From a virus: 64,000 bases of DNA. Where the stretch lies: the IMG/VR virus record IMGVR_UViG_3300040802_000094, positions 20,956 through 84,955 of that record. One strand, given 5' to 3'. A program made the translations under genes and the position numbers. This document shows, piece by piece, positions 29,261 through 38,685 of the stretch; position 1 is the stretch's first letter; every line of letters begins with the position of its first letter. The notes below the pieces were generated by a model. It saw only the letters and a list, made by a program, of their open reading frames with translations, searched no databases and was not told the DNA's origin.

Positions 29261-30550
29261 ATGCTACTACGAACGCACTTAGTTGGCGACAACACCGTCG
29301 AGCTGCGCAACCTAAAAATTCGAGAGTCGGTAACGCTAGAGAGCGATCCGACGGGAACTCCCGCTAACGGGTCGATCTTTTTCCGCAGTGGGGTCTTAAT
29401 GGCCGCGCATCCCGATACCGGAGTGGAGTCCGCAGTGGATGCCGGGATTACGTCGATCGACGTTTCTCCGGCAGGCGGCGCCCTTTCCGCAGAACAAACG
29501 GGAAGGGCCGTCACTTTGACGATCCGCGACGCCTCGACGACGGAAAGCGGCGTGATGTCCTCCGCGTTTTACAATCTACTCAACGACGCGACCGAACTCG
29601 CCACTGCCGGAACCTTGGCCATTCGAGACGGATCCGGCAACGTCGCATTCAACGAAGTAACGAGCGTCAGAGTTACCGGGCTGAGTTCGCCGAGCGAGGC
29701 GAGCGACGCGACCAGCAAGGATTACGTCGATACCCAGCTTTCGACTGCCGTCTCCGGACTGGCGCAAGGTCTCGCCGTCAAGCAGGCCGTCCGGGCAGTC
29801 GCCACGACGAACATCACCTTGAGCGGACTACAAACAGTCGATAGCGTCGTCCTGGCCGCAGGCGATCGCGTTTTGGCTGCGGGGCAAACCGACGCAACGA
29901 CAAACGGTATTTATACCGTCGTCGATGGGGGAGCTTGGACGCGCTCTACGGATTTTGACGAGGATAGCGAAGTCGCGTCGGGAATCGTGGTCGCCGTGAC
30001 GGAAGGTTCGACCTCCAACGCCGACTCTTTGTATATCTTGCAGTCCGACGGAACGCTGACCGTCGGGACTTCGGAGCTGAATTTCACCCACCTGGCAAAG
30101 CTGACGGACATCGCCGTTGGGGACGGGCTGTACAAAGTCGATCCGACAACCTTGGCCGTGCAGGCTTACCACGGGATCGCGACGAGTGCCAATGGCGTTT
30201 CCGTTCAAGCGGCGGATTCGAGCCTCGTTGTCGATGCCTCGGGCGTGGCCGTCAACCCCACGTGGCTCGATACCCCGGCCAACTGGCTCTCCACGCCGAG
30301 CGCCCTCAACGACGCCCTTACCGACGAGTTTACCCAGGCGTTTGGCGACGGTACCAACACCGTCTACTCGATCGCTCACAACTTGAACGGCAATATCATC
30401 GATATGGACGTCGCGATCGTTCACGAATTGGCGACGCAAGAAGTGGTGATGTGCGACCTCGTTTCTACGGACGTCAACACGGTACAAGTGACGCTGACCT
30501 CCCCTCCCGCGAGCAATGCCTTTCGACTGAGACTCAAGAAAGCCAAATAA
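29261..30550 (+). CDS. Phage fibre protein
   Basis: DATSKDYVD; KQAVRAVATTNITLSGLQTVDSVVLAAGDRVL..GQTD...NGIY....AWTRSTDFD, a widespread tail-fibre motif; C-terminal HNLN domain. Confidence 0.8.
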   Translation: MLLRTHLVGDNTVELRNLKIRESVTLESDPTGTPANGSIFFRSGVLMAAHPDTGVESAVDAGITSIDVSPAGGALSAEQTGRAVTLTIRDASTTESGVMSSAFYNLLNDATELATAGTLAIRDGSGNVAFNEVTSVRVTGLSSPSEASDATSKDYVDTQLSTAVSGLAQGLAVKQAVRAVATTNITLSGLQTVDSVVLAAGDRVLAAGQTDATTNGIYTVVDGGAWTRSTDFDEDSEVASGIVVAVTEGSTSNADSLYILQSDGTLTVGTSELNFTHLAKLTDIAVGDGLYKVDPTTLAVQAYHGIATSANGVSVQAADSSLVVDASGVAVNPTWLDTPANWLSTPSALNDALTDEFTQAFGDGTNTVYSIAHNLNGNIIDMDVAIVHELATQEVVMCDLVSTDVNTVQVTLTSPPASNAFRLRLKKAK

Positions 30551-30633
30551 AATGAAAGGGCGAGCGGATCGAATCGATCCGCTCGCCCTTTCATGAGCGT
30601 CGGGAACATATTTCGCTTCTAAGGAACAGGGCA

Positions 30634-31167
30634 ATGCCTATTTTCCCAAACGATTTAAAATTTCAAAACGGAACCACCCATTACAGGCAGGAAACCGAAC
30701 CCGCTTCGCCCCAAGCCCAAGACGAGTGGCTGGATACGACACTCTCTTCACTGTTTAAGCGGTGGTACTGGGATGGAACCGACTGGCTGAGTTTAGATCC
30801 TTTTTTAATCAAAGAACACCTTCTGGTTTACGACGAGCTGAGTGCGGCGATGCTCGCACCGATCGCGAACCAAGCTTGCGCCTTGCAACGCATGGATCTG
30901 CGCTGGAATCTAGGGGGCGCCACGGATGCGAGCAATTATTGGAACGTACGCGCAAAATCTTTTAAAGACGACGTCGAAACGACTCTCGGAACGGGAATCG
31001 CGATCGCCGACCAGCCTTCGGGGTGGGGGTCTTCCTCCGACTCCTTCTCGGGGGTGTTGGAGCCGGGAAATTTCGACCTCGTCACCGTGGAAATCTCTCC
31101 CGTAGGATCGCCTCCGGCTCCTCTGGAGATCTTTTGTACGCTGTTGTATCGAATCGTGAGGAGATAG
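30634..31167 (+). CDS. Fibre-associated protein, paralog A
   Basis: WYWDGTDWLS and ASNYWNV motifs shared with the next ORF. Confidence 0.7.
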   Translation: MPIFPNDLKFQNGTTHYRQETEPASPQAQDEWLDTTLSSLFKRWYWDGTDWLSLDPFLIKEHLLVYDELSAAMLAPIANQACALQRMDLRWNLGGATDASNYWNVRAKSFKDDVETTLGTGIAIADQPSGWGSSSDSFSGVLEPGNFDLVTVEISPVGSPPAPLEIFCTLLYRIVRR

Positions 31168-31171
31168 GGAG

Positions 31172-31699
31172 ATGGCTAGAATTGCAAAAACGGCGGCAAA
31201 AAGGGACTACTACGGAGCGGACGCCAGGCAAGATACCGCTCCCGCCAGCCCCGGACTTTGGGATACCTGGGAATCGACTCAAGCGGGAGAGGCGATCCGA
31301 CGGTGGCGATGGGACGGAACCGACTGGATTTCGGAAGGACACGCGACGACGGAAACGCTGGAGATTTACTACGATACGGAGATCGACCTCGTCGATCCCA
31401 CTACGGCCTACGACGTAGGAATGTCCGCCTGCTCTTTAGTCGTGACGACGGAGTCCGCATCGGATGCCAGCAACTATTGGACGGTCGAAGTCTCTTCGGA
31501 AACTGCGGCAAACGGAACGCAATCGATCGCCGCCATTTCGACACAAAACCAAGGAGCGGGGACGCAGACGGGGGATTCGACCCCTTCAACTCGACTGACT
31601 GGAAGCGATCGCGTATTCCTTTCCGTCGTACAAACTGGGTCTCCCCCAACCCCAGTAAAAGTCAAAGTCACCAATATATATCACTGGATTCATGGCTGA
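31172..31699 (+). CDS. Fibre-associated protein, paralog B
   Basis: WRWDGTDWIS, ASNYWTV, GSPP.P shared with the previous ORF. Confidence 0.7.
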   Translation: MARIAKTAAKRDYYGADARQDTAPASPGLWDTWESTQAGEAIRRWRWDGTDWISEGHATTETLEIYYDTEIDLVDPTTAYDVGMSACSLVVTTESASDASNYWTVEVSSETAANGTQSIAAISTQNQGAGTQTGDSTPSTRLTGSDRVFLSVVQTGSPPTPVKVKVTNIYHWIHG

Positions 31700-34600
31700 T
31701 TATATTTGCGCTCCTGACGGACTGGCGACGAACTCGGGAACCCTTGCCAGCCCCTGGAGCTTGACCAAAGGACTGACCGACGCGCAAGCCGGAGATCGCC
31801 TTCTTTTGAGGGGTGGGAAGTATTTCGAGGAACCGAGGCCGAGCAACTTCGGGACGTCCGGCAATCCGATAACGATCGAGTCCTATTCCGGAGAGCGCGC
31901 GCGAATTACCAGTTTCGAGGAACTCGACAATCAAAACTGGACGGTTCATAGCGGAAATATTTACAAAATTCAGCTAGACGCGAGCTACTCTCCAGGACTG
32001 GGATACGAGCAGGTCGTCTGCGACGGCGTGTTGATGCCGGAGGCGCGATATCCCAGCCTTCCCGTCGGGCAGAGTGCGGCCAAAATGTATCGCGGCCTGA
32101 TGGCGTTCATGGACGGGGCGACTTTCGACGACCAGCAAACGCCGGATGGCGAAGGTTACTATTCGGTCACGATCCAAGATGCCAACTTAAACCAGTCGGC
32201 AGGATTTTGGGTGGGCGCGCAAGGAGTGATCGTCCCGGGACACGAATGGCACGCTTACGAAATGTTCGTGACGGCCTCCGCTCCGGGATCGATTACGGCA
32301 AAGTACAAGTGGAACGGACTGAATACCGCGATCGCCAAGGCGGGCAATCCTTTTTGGCTGTGGAACAAACTCGAAATCCTCGATACGGAAGGGGAGTGGT
32401 ACTTCGATCGCGACGGCGTCTACGGCCCCGCATACACCTTGTATTTTTATCCCCCTGGAGGCGCGATCGGAACCCAGGTTGTCGAGGTCAGAAAAAGTGC
32501 CTTTTTCCTAAACATTCCCGCGAACGCCGCCTATTGGGAATACAAGCACCTCGATTTTTACGGGATGGGGGTCGAGGTCCACGATACCGCGTCGAATATG
32601 TACTTTGAAGACATATTGATGCGGCTCCCGGCACACAACCTCGGAGGAACGAGCGACTGGAAGCGATCGGGAATCCGACTGAAAGGAAGCGATCACGTTT
32701 TCAAAAATTCTTCGGTTTTGGAATCGGCTTCGACGGCGATCGAAATCAATTCTTCCAATTGCTTGATCGAGAATTGCGCGGTAGTGGATACGGGATACCT
32801 CGCCTTAAACGTAGAAGGGATTCAGTCCGGCGCCCTCTCGATCGCGAGTACGATTCGCTATTGCAGCGTCGCCCATTCTTCGGGTATCGGAATTTCTTGC
32901 TTGGGCGAAGACCTGACCGTCGAAAACTGTTACGTGACTGACTGCGGACGACAAAAAACCGATATCGGCGTGTTCAACGTTTACGGCGGCGGACACAGCA
33001 ATAACGAGATCGCTTACAACTTCGCCAACGCGAACTCTATTTATAACGAGTACAATCCCGACGAATCGAAGTGGGGTATTGTTTGCTACCGCATCGATAA
33101 CGGCGGCGCCACGGAAGCCGGAAGTGGCTACAACTTTCACCATAATTTAGGGATGTCGGCGACCACGGGCAAGCACGAAGGGTTTACCCTGTGGACGCTG
33201 CCCTCGACCGATCCTTACTACGGCAATTCCGGCAATAAAATTTACAACAATACTATCTTCGGAACGTTTAATTTTCGCGATGGCGACGCGAACGGCCACG
33301 GCGGAACGGAGGTGAAAAATAATATTTTTAGCGGGTATGCCAACTTTGGCTCCGGGGAAATTCCGACGGGGGCGATCGTCGAAGACAACTTCTTTGCCGA
33401 CACCGCAGTGACTGGGAACTTCACGGGGGATCCGGGATGGATCAGTCCGTGGGAAGGCAACTTCTTACTCAGAAGCGACGCTGCGGCGATCGACGCGGGA
33501 CAGGTCCTCGCCGGATGGACGGACGGCTACTCGGGTTCGGCTCCGGACGTGGGGGCGATCGAATATGGCGCCTACCCCCCTTCTTACGGCGCTTACGAAA
33601 TCGATATCGACCCGTCGTCCCTCACCTACGAAATCGATACGTCGGCAAAATCGAAAGTCAAGGTAACTGGCTTCGCGGAGGGACGGGGGTTGCCGCCGAC
33701 GTTCCGGATAAAAGTGGGTGCCGGAGGGACGGCCAGCGATCGCTACTACAACGTCCTCGAAGACTCCTACGCGATCCTGGATTTCGATCTGACGGGAGTA
33801 ACTCAGCCCACGAATATCTTCGTCAGTGCGGATTCCGGTTCGACGTGGCACGACACGGGACTGGCGATCGATCCCAACCGCATTCAATCCACAGCATCCA
33901 CCCCCAACGGAGATCCTCCCCCGATCGGAAGAGTAATCTCGCGTCCGGCCAAAAGCTTCGACGTGATTTGCCACGGTTCGCGATCGATCGCCCTCAATTT
34001 CAACGGAGACGGGACGTATACCCTCCAAATCCTGGGTAGGGGATTTCAGACAATCCCCGAACAACGGGTTCCTGTCACCGGATATTTCGAGGGATACTCC
34101 GACAAGTCCCCCTACCCTGCCCAAAACCCTCCCATCCTGCTGCGGCTCGATTCGACGCTGGCGGCGAGTGCCGGAATCAATGCAGAGGGGAGCAACGTCC
34201 GCGTTTTTTCGGAACACAAAGAATTCGATTACTGGGTGGAAACTCCTCCGGGGCGAGGAGGGGAATGCTTGATTTGGTTTAAAGAGAAAGCACTTAAAGA
34301 TGCCAGCCTGGGGTATCCGACGTTTGAAGGCGAATCGGCAGGGGTTTGGTTGTCGATCCTCGACAGCCCGATTTCCGAAAGCAACGTTGACAACCTCTTT
34401 CCGATCTTCAATCGAGCCTCCCTGCGATCGTGGCTCAAGGGACACGAGATGGATTTGGGATCGCTGGAAACCTGGAGTTCGGCCAAGCACCCGGGAACGA
34501 ACGCGACGCTGAACGACGCAACCCAGCCCCTCGTTGCCAGCAGACCTTCGGTGGTCGAGGGGGCGCTTAACGGCTTCCGCGAAGTCAGCTTTGACGGGAG

Positions 34601-35195
34601 TGACGATTGGCTCGACTTTGGAGACGTCATGGGCTTGGCAACGGATATCACCGTCGCCCTAGTGTACCGAAATCCAGACCCGGGAACGCAGCTCTACCAG
34701 CGCATGTATTCCGCGAGCAGCGACTCTACCAGCGATTCTACCGGGATCGCTGGATATACTAGTATGACGAGCGGCACGTCCAACGCCTACCCTGGAGGAG
34801 CCGTGCATATCGGTCGATATACGGCAAAAGATTGTGAAAATTTCATCATCGGCGCCAGGAATAACGCCACGCACAGCAACGCTTACAAAGGAGCCTTTCC
34901 CGAGATCGTCATCTTTCAAGAACGTCTCGACGATACGGGGCGAGACGCCTTGTACAGCTATTTAAGACCGAAATACGGGGTGGATGCGACACCTTTCGGG
35001 GAGGCTGGAGCGGATTTTTCTGGAGCGCGATCGCCTATCGAGGTAAAAGTCGGAGCGCAAGTCGTCCCCGTTGATTCAGTTTCCGGCGATTCGATCCAAT
35101 CGACCTTCACTCCGACGGGGAGTGGAACGTTTGACGTGACGGTAACGATGCCGGATGGGGAGGTTCTCGTGTATCAGGACGCGGTCTCGATTTAA
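31692..35195 (+). CDS. Tailspike/depolymerase: right-handed beta-helix plus DUF2341-like and LamG-like domains
   Basis: N-terminal G.D.NSGT..SPW...AGD.LLLRGG.Y; Asn-ladder repeats (YNNT, KNNIF); AIDAG...APDVGAIEYG; C-terminal VSFDGSDDWL...EIVIF...YL..KYG. Confidence 0.8.
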   Translation: MADYICAPDGLATNSGTLASPWSLTKGLTDAQAGDRLLLRGGKYFEEPRPSNFGTSGNPITIESYSGERARITSFEELDNQNWTVHSGNIYKIQLDASYSPGLGYEQVVCDGVLMPEARYPSLPVGQSAAKMYRGLMAFMDGATFDDQQTPDGEGYYSVTIQDANLNQSAGFWVGAQGVIVPGHEWHAYEMFVTASAPGSITAKYKWNGLNTAIAKAGNPFWLWNKLEILDTEGEWYFDRDGVYGPAYTLYFYPPGGAIGTQVVEVRKSAFFLNIPANAAYWEYKHLDFYGMGVEVHDTASNMYFEDILMRLPAHNLGGTSDWKRSGIRLKGSDHVFKNSSVLESASTAIEINSSNCLIENCAVVDTGYLALNVEGIQSGALSIASTIRYCSVAHSSGIGISCLGEDLTVENCYVTDCGRQKTDIGVFNVYGGGHSNNEIAYNFANANSIYNEYNPDESKWGIVCYRIDNGGATEAGSGYNFHHNLGMSATTGKHEGFTLWTLPSTDPYYGNSGNKIYNNTIFGTFNFRDGDANGHGGTEVKNNIFSGYANFGSGEIPTGAIVEDNFFADTAVTGNFTGDPGWISPWEGNFLLRSDAAAIDAGQVLAGWTDGYSGSAPDVGAIEYGAYPPSYGAYEIDIDPSSLTYEIDTSAKSKVKVTGFAEGRGLPPTFRIKVGAGGTASDRYYNVLEDSYAILDFDLTGVTQPTNIFVSADSGSTWHDTGLAIDPNRIQSTASTPNGDPPPIGRVISRPAKSFDVICHGSRSIALNFNGDGTYTLQILGRGFQTIPEQRVPVTGYFEGYSDKSPYPAQNPPILLRLDSTLAASAGINAEGSNVRVFSEHKEFDYWVETPPGRGGECLIWFKEKALKDASLGYPTFEGESAGVWLSILDSPISESNVDNLFPIFNRASLRSWLKGHEMDLGSLETWSSAKHPGTNATLNDATQPLVASRPSVVEGALNGFREVSFDGSDDWLDFGDVMGLATDITVALVYRNPDPGTQLYQRMYSASSDSTSDSTGIAGYTSMTSGTSNAYPGGAVHIGRYTAKDCENFIIGARNNATHSNAYKGAFPEIVIFQERLDDTGRDALYSYLRPKYGVDATPFGEAGADFSGARSPIEVKVGAQVVPVDSVSGDSIQSTFTPTGSGTFDVTVTMPDGEVLVYQDAVSI

Positions 35196-35309
35196 ATGCC
35201 AATCGACCCCTTGGCATTTTGTCGGCATCGATCTAAAATGATTCAAGATAAAAGAGAAAGTTAAATAAAAATTTAGAACTTTTCTTTCATTGTTCTCCTT
35301 TCTTGAACT

Positions 35310-35337
35310 AAAAGCCCGCCCCAAAAGGCGGGCTTTT
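35310..35337. terminator. Intrinsic terminator ending the structural operon
   Basis: AAAAGCCCGCC-CCAAAA-GGCGGGCTTTT. Confidence 0.75.
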
Positions 35338-35395
35338 GCTTTTGCAAGGATATAGAGAAAGAATAAAAATGGAACCTGAAGTAAAAAAGTGAACG

Positions 35396-35704
35396 ATGAC
35401 AATAACGATAGAAGAGAAAAGAGCAAAATGTAAGGAGCTCATTGTACGGATCCTTTCCAAAGGTGAGGAGATGACCGAAAAGGAAGTTTTCGATCGCCTA
35501 AAAGAAACCCATTTTTATGGGGAAAAGCGTCATCCCATATATGGAAAAGCGCTGGTAATCCGATCGCTAGAAGCATTAGAGGTCAAAGGAGTCGTTGCGG
35601 TCAGAAATGGAGATACCTATCGTGCAGGAAAAAGGTATTCCTTGATTGAGTCTCGGAATCGGCAATGTTCTAACATATTGGAGTCGGGTAAATCGAGAGA
35701 ATAA
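35396..35704 (+). CDS. Putative winged-helix DNA-binding protein
   Basis: ILSKGEEMTEKEVFDRL...VIRSLEALEVKGVV...RYSL pattern. Confidence 0.55.
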   Translation: MTITIEEKRAKCKELIVRILSKGEEMTEKEVFDRLKETHFYGEKRHPIYGKALVIRSLEALEVKGVVAVRNGDTYRAGKRYSLIESRNRQCSNILESGKSRE

Positions 35705-35828
35705 AGAAACTTCTTGACGGAAATCCCGTATCCTCAAAAGGAAAATGCCGGGAAAGAAATGGCATCCTAATATTTTTTGTGAACGAGGTAAAAGAATCTA
35801 CAATAAGGAGGTAGTAACAAAAAAAAGA

Positions 35829-36149
35829 ATGAAAACCCCACACTTGCTGAGCAGACTGGACGGGAAAGAGAAGCGCCTTCTCTCGAAGGCAGAGGAAGAA
35901 TTTCACCGGGATGACGCTAACAGGTGCAACATCAATGACTACCCGGAAAAGACGGGACTCCTTTGGCTCGCCAAAAGGCGGGTAGAGGAGGTTGTTGACT
36001 CATTCCTGAAAAGAGAGGGAAGCTGCCTGTATGTTTACAGACAGCTAAACCCTCTGGGGTCTTCTTTGTACGTGGGGCTAACGCCCCTCGACGACCAAAA
36101 CTACGACACGGAAGGAATTTCGTGTCATGGTCTCGCAACCAATGATTAG
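35829..36149 (+). CDS. Hypothetical protein
   Basis: ORF with upstream AAGGAGG; start uncertain. Confidence 0.5.
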   Translation: MKTPHLLSRLDGKEKRLLSKAEEEFHRDDANRCNINDYPEKTGLLWLAKRRVEEVVDSFLKREGSCLYVYRQLNPLGSSLYVGLTPLDDQNYDTEGISCHGLATND

Positions 36150-36152
36150 TAA

Positions 36153-36198
36153 TTAAGCACAAACGCCGCACAGTCAACTGTGCGGCGTTTGTGCTTAA
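36153..36198. repeat. Perfect 21-bp inverted repeat with a 4-nt loop
   Basis: TTAAGCACAAACGCCGCACAG-TCAA-CTGTGCGGCGTTTGTGCTTAA. Confidence 0.9.
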
Positions 36199-36215
36199 GC
36201 GGAAAATCCCAGAGA

Positions 36216-36623
36216 ATGGACGAAACAAAAGAAGACCAGACCAAGCCTATGAAGGGTAAAATTAAAGACATATCCTATTACCAGAAACACCCCTTACTGC
36301 CCTTGATACAAAAAGCAGTAAAAGGCGTCACACTTGCTAGAAAAACGGCAGGCAAGCCTTCGTTCACGGCGACCGAGTTCGGAGCGATCGTCCTCATCGA
36401 ATTGGTTGATGCAGAGTTCGACGAGAACTCCAGATTCTTTCACGTACTCAAAACAGCGTGGGAGTCTGCAACAGGGGAAGAGATAAACGCTCAGTACCTC
36501 AAATCTCTGAAACGGGCAATCCAGTCCAACCAAAAGCCAAATATCGTTGCTTCGGCGATCGCGATGATCGCGCAAAGCTACCGCCAACGGCGCAAGCCCT
36601 GGTTGCGGCGACGGGCTATATGA
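36216..36623 (+). CDS. Hypothetical basic helical protein
   Basis: 135-aa ORF directly upstream of the structured ncRNA; Arg-rich C-terminus. Confidence 0.6.
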   Translation: MDETKEDQTKPMKGKIKDISYYQKHPLLPLIQKAVKGVTLARKTAGKPSFTATEFGAIVLIELVDAEFDENSRFFHVLKTAWESATGEEINAQYLKSLKRAIQSNQKPNIVASAIAMIAQSYRQRRKPWLRRRAI

Positions 36624-36631
36624 TGTATAAT
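36603..36631 (+). promoter_or_regulatory. Sigma70-type promoter of the ncRNA
   Basis: TTGCGG-N17-TATAAT. Confidence 0.7.
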
Positions 36632-36636
36632 TAAAG

Positions 36637-36832
36637 CATAGAAACCGGGGTGGCGCCCGGTAGACCAAAAACGCCACTCCCGCAAGGGAGGTGTTACCAG
36701 GCTGAGCAACCTGAAAGCAAAACTGCTCTTTGCGCGCAAAATAGAAACGATAATAAAATATTTTGCACCGGGGTAGCGCCCGGTAGACCAAAAACGCCAA
36801 AGAGTCGTAGCATTCGCTGCGGCTCTTTTTTT
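36637..36832 (+). ncRNA. Structured ncRNA with three tandem H-type pseudoknots
   Basis: Own promoter and U-tailed terminator (36799-36832); 33-nt direct repeats at 36644-36676 and 36767-36799; a third pseudoknot at 36698-36728. Confidence 0.65.
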
Positions 36833-36840
36833 GTGTCAAC

Positions 36841-36864
36841 CAAATTGCAGACGTCTGCAATTTG
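36841..36864. repeat. Perfect 24-bp palindrome, core TTGCAGACGTCTGCAA (copy 1)
   Basis: CAAATTGCAGACGTCTGCAATTTG. Confidence 0.9.
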
Positions 36865-36865
36865 A

Positions 36866-38092
36866 CTAACGGGCAACTACCCTCAAAGATCCTTGGACTT
36901 CGAGAAGGGCATACGGGGGAATTTCTATTTCGCTTAAAGGCTTTTGGGTCTCGGAGTGCTTGAGAGACATCTGCGGAACGCTGTAAATACCTTCCGCTTT
37001 TTCGAGTGCCGTCGCCAAAGTTTTCTCAAACCCCCGATCGCCCCAAATTCCGTGAGGGGGATTGACTCCGGACTGAATCGCCCTGGCAACGAGATTGAAG
37101 GCTTCCCGATTCGGATCGATCCCGAAAGGCTGGCGGACGAGGCCGACCTCGACGACCCCATTGATGGGAACGATCTCGGCCTGTCGGACGCGCAAAATAT
37201 GGCCGCAGGGGCTGAGGTCGGCAAGCTGCTGGCGGATTTCGCTAAGGATGGGGGAGTCCTCCGATACTCCCGGGAACCAAACGGCGATCGTCACCCCCGG
37301 GGCAACATGCCCGGGGAGTCCGTAACTGCTAGTCAAAATCAACGTTTTTTGGCTTCCCATTGCCCGAGCGGCTTCGTAGTAGTCGGAAGGCGTCACCAGT
37401 CGCCCGAAAGGACGGTTCTCACGATCGCGTGCGTTCCCCCTCCTCAGTCCGTCCCTGGCTCGTTCGACGACTTCGATCAGTGTCTCTACGGGGCGCCCCG
37501 GAGAAATCACCTTGCCGTCGTTGTAGATCTGAGCGAGATAGGGAATGAATGGAGCGTCGGAAATTTCGCCGACTCTGATTTTGGAGACGAGGCGAGGGTC
37601 TCCCGCGAACCTGGCGGCAACTGTCGCCGATTCATCCGACCCCTCAATCGTTACGTCGGAAAGCGTGTAACAAAATATGGACGGATCGACGATCGATCGC
37701 ACTTGAGTATGGATCGGAACTTCGAGGGGGAGACGCCGCGCGATCGCTTCCCGCGATCGTTTGACGACCAAGTTGAGGATCGGAGACTCGGCAGGGTTAC
37801 GCTCGACCCCTAGCAATCTCAAGTGTCCGACCAGATTGGCGTCGGGGAGAAGATTGAGTTCCTGCCCGAAGTACCCTAGATGTCGGACGAAAATGGAGGC
37901 CAGCACCGCATGGGCGGACGTCGGAGTCAGGGAAGAGAAAGGACTAGGACTCCCATCCGGCAAGGGCTTGGCCGCAGCGACCAGAAAGCGCTTCAGCATT
38001 TCTTGCTCGTCTACCGCCCACAGCTCGGGAGACTCGATCAATCGAGTTTGGGTTTCGAGCCATTCCATCAACTGGTAAAAATCCTCGTACAT
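36866..38092 (-). CDS. Baseplate J-like (gp47/gp6 wedge) protein
   Basis: LRLLGVERNPA, VAARFAG, GRPVETLIEVVERA, LVTPSDYYEAA, PGVTIAV match Baseplate_J motifs; follows a gp25-like gene. Confidence 0.75.
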   Translation of the reverse strand: MYEDFYQLMEWLETQTRLIESPELWAVDEQEMLKRFLVAAAKPLPDGSPSPFSSLTPTSAHAVLASIFVRHLGYFGQELNLLPDANLVGHLRLLGVERNPAESPILNLVVKRSREAIARRLPLEVPIHTQVRSIVDPSIFCYTLSDVTIEGSDESATVAARFAGDPRLVSKIRVGEISDAPFIPYLAQIYNDGKVISPGRPVETLIEVVERARDGLRRGNARDRENRPFGRLVTPSDYYEAARAMGSQKTLILTSSYGLPGHVAPGVTIAVWFPGVSEDSPILSEIRQQLADLSPCGHILRVRQAEIVPINGVVEVGLVRQPFGIDPNREAFNLVARAIQSGVNPPHGIWGDRGFEKTLATALEKAEGIYSVPQMSLKHSETQKPLSEIEIPPYALLEVQGSLRVVAR

Positions 38093-38625
38093 CAGAAAAG
38101 AGGCTCCCGGTTCAATTCAACGGTAAGAAAAAAGTCGTTCAACAGGGAAGTGTCGGCAAGCCCTTCAACGTAAGAAGACCAGCTAAACAGCAGGTTCTGC
38201 CGTCCGATCGCGGAATATTTCGCAATATCTCGATCTTTCCCGCCGGGGGCGATCGTCTTGGGAACGAAATCAATTTCGGCGATCAATTGATTTTCGGCGT
38301 CGAGGCGATCGTGGGGGATTTCCACCGTCAGGCTCTCGATCCCGACCACCCACTGAAGAATTTCTCTTTGCGCATTGTACGCCCAATACTGGGCTTCGCT
38401 CCGACTCAGGGGATCGAACAGTTCCGGAGCGATACCCAGGGCGTAGTGCGGCACCTCTCCGGGCTGGATGAGTAAGACGCTGATAATATCGTGAGCGATC
38501 TTTCTCTCTCCCGCGACTAAATTGAGGTGGCCGCGATCGTCGTAAGGAGGCCAAAAGCTCAACCCCCGACCGAGGTATTCGAGTCCCAAATTCATGGGTG
38601 AATTCAAAATGAACGACGCCCACAT
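38092..38625 (-). CDS. gp25/W-like baseplate wedge protein
   Basis: LGRGLSFWPP...GHL.LV.GE..I...I..VLL..PGE.P...LG....LFDP is the GPW_gp25 pattern. Confidence 0.8.
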   Translation of the reverse strand: MWASFILNSPMNLGLEYLGRGLSFWPPYDDRGHLNLVAGERKIAHDIISVLLIQPGEVPHYALGIAPELFDPLSRSEAQYWAYNAQREILQWVVGIESLTVEIPHDRLDAENQLIAEIDFVPKTIAPGGKDRDIAKYSAIGRQNLLFSWSSYVEGLADTSLLNDFFLTVELNREPLF

Positions 38626-38685
38626 TTTATCTCCTCACATGCAGGAATAAAGAAAGCCCCGGCTAAATACTGCCGGGGCTTTTTT

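Noticed and set aside
36698-36750. Hammerhead ribozyme (CTGA...GAAAC)
   Set aside because: The core is CTGAGCA/CTGAAAG rather than CTGANGA, and the three required stems could not be built.
36644-36799. Mini CRISPR array (two 33-nt direct repeats)
   Set aside because: Only two copies, a 90-nt structured interval, no GTTT...GAAAC-type repeat ends and no cas genes; the pseudoknot model explains it better.
33465-37813. Long overlapping antisense ORFs (33465-34490, 36944-37813)
   Set aside because: Antisense to the well-supported tailspike and baseplate J genes, with no recognisable motifs.
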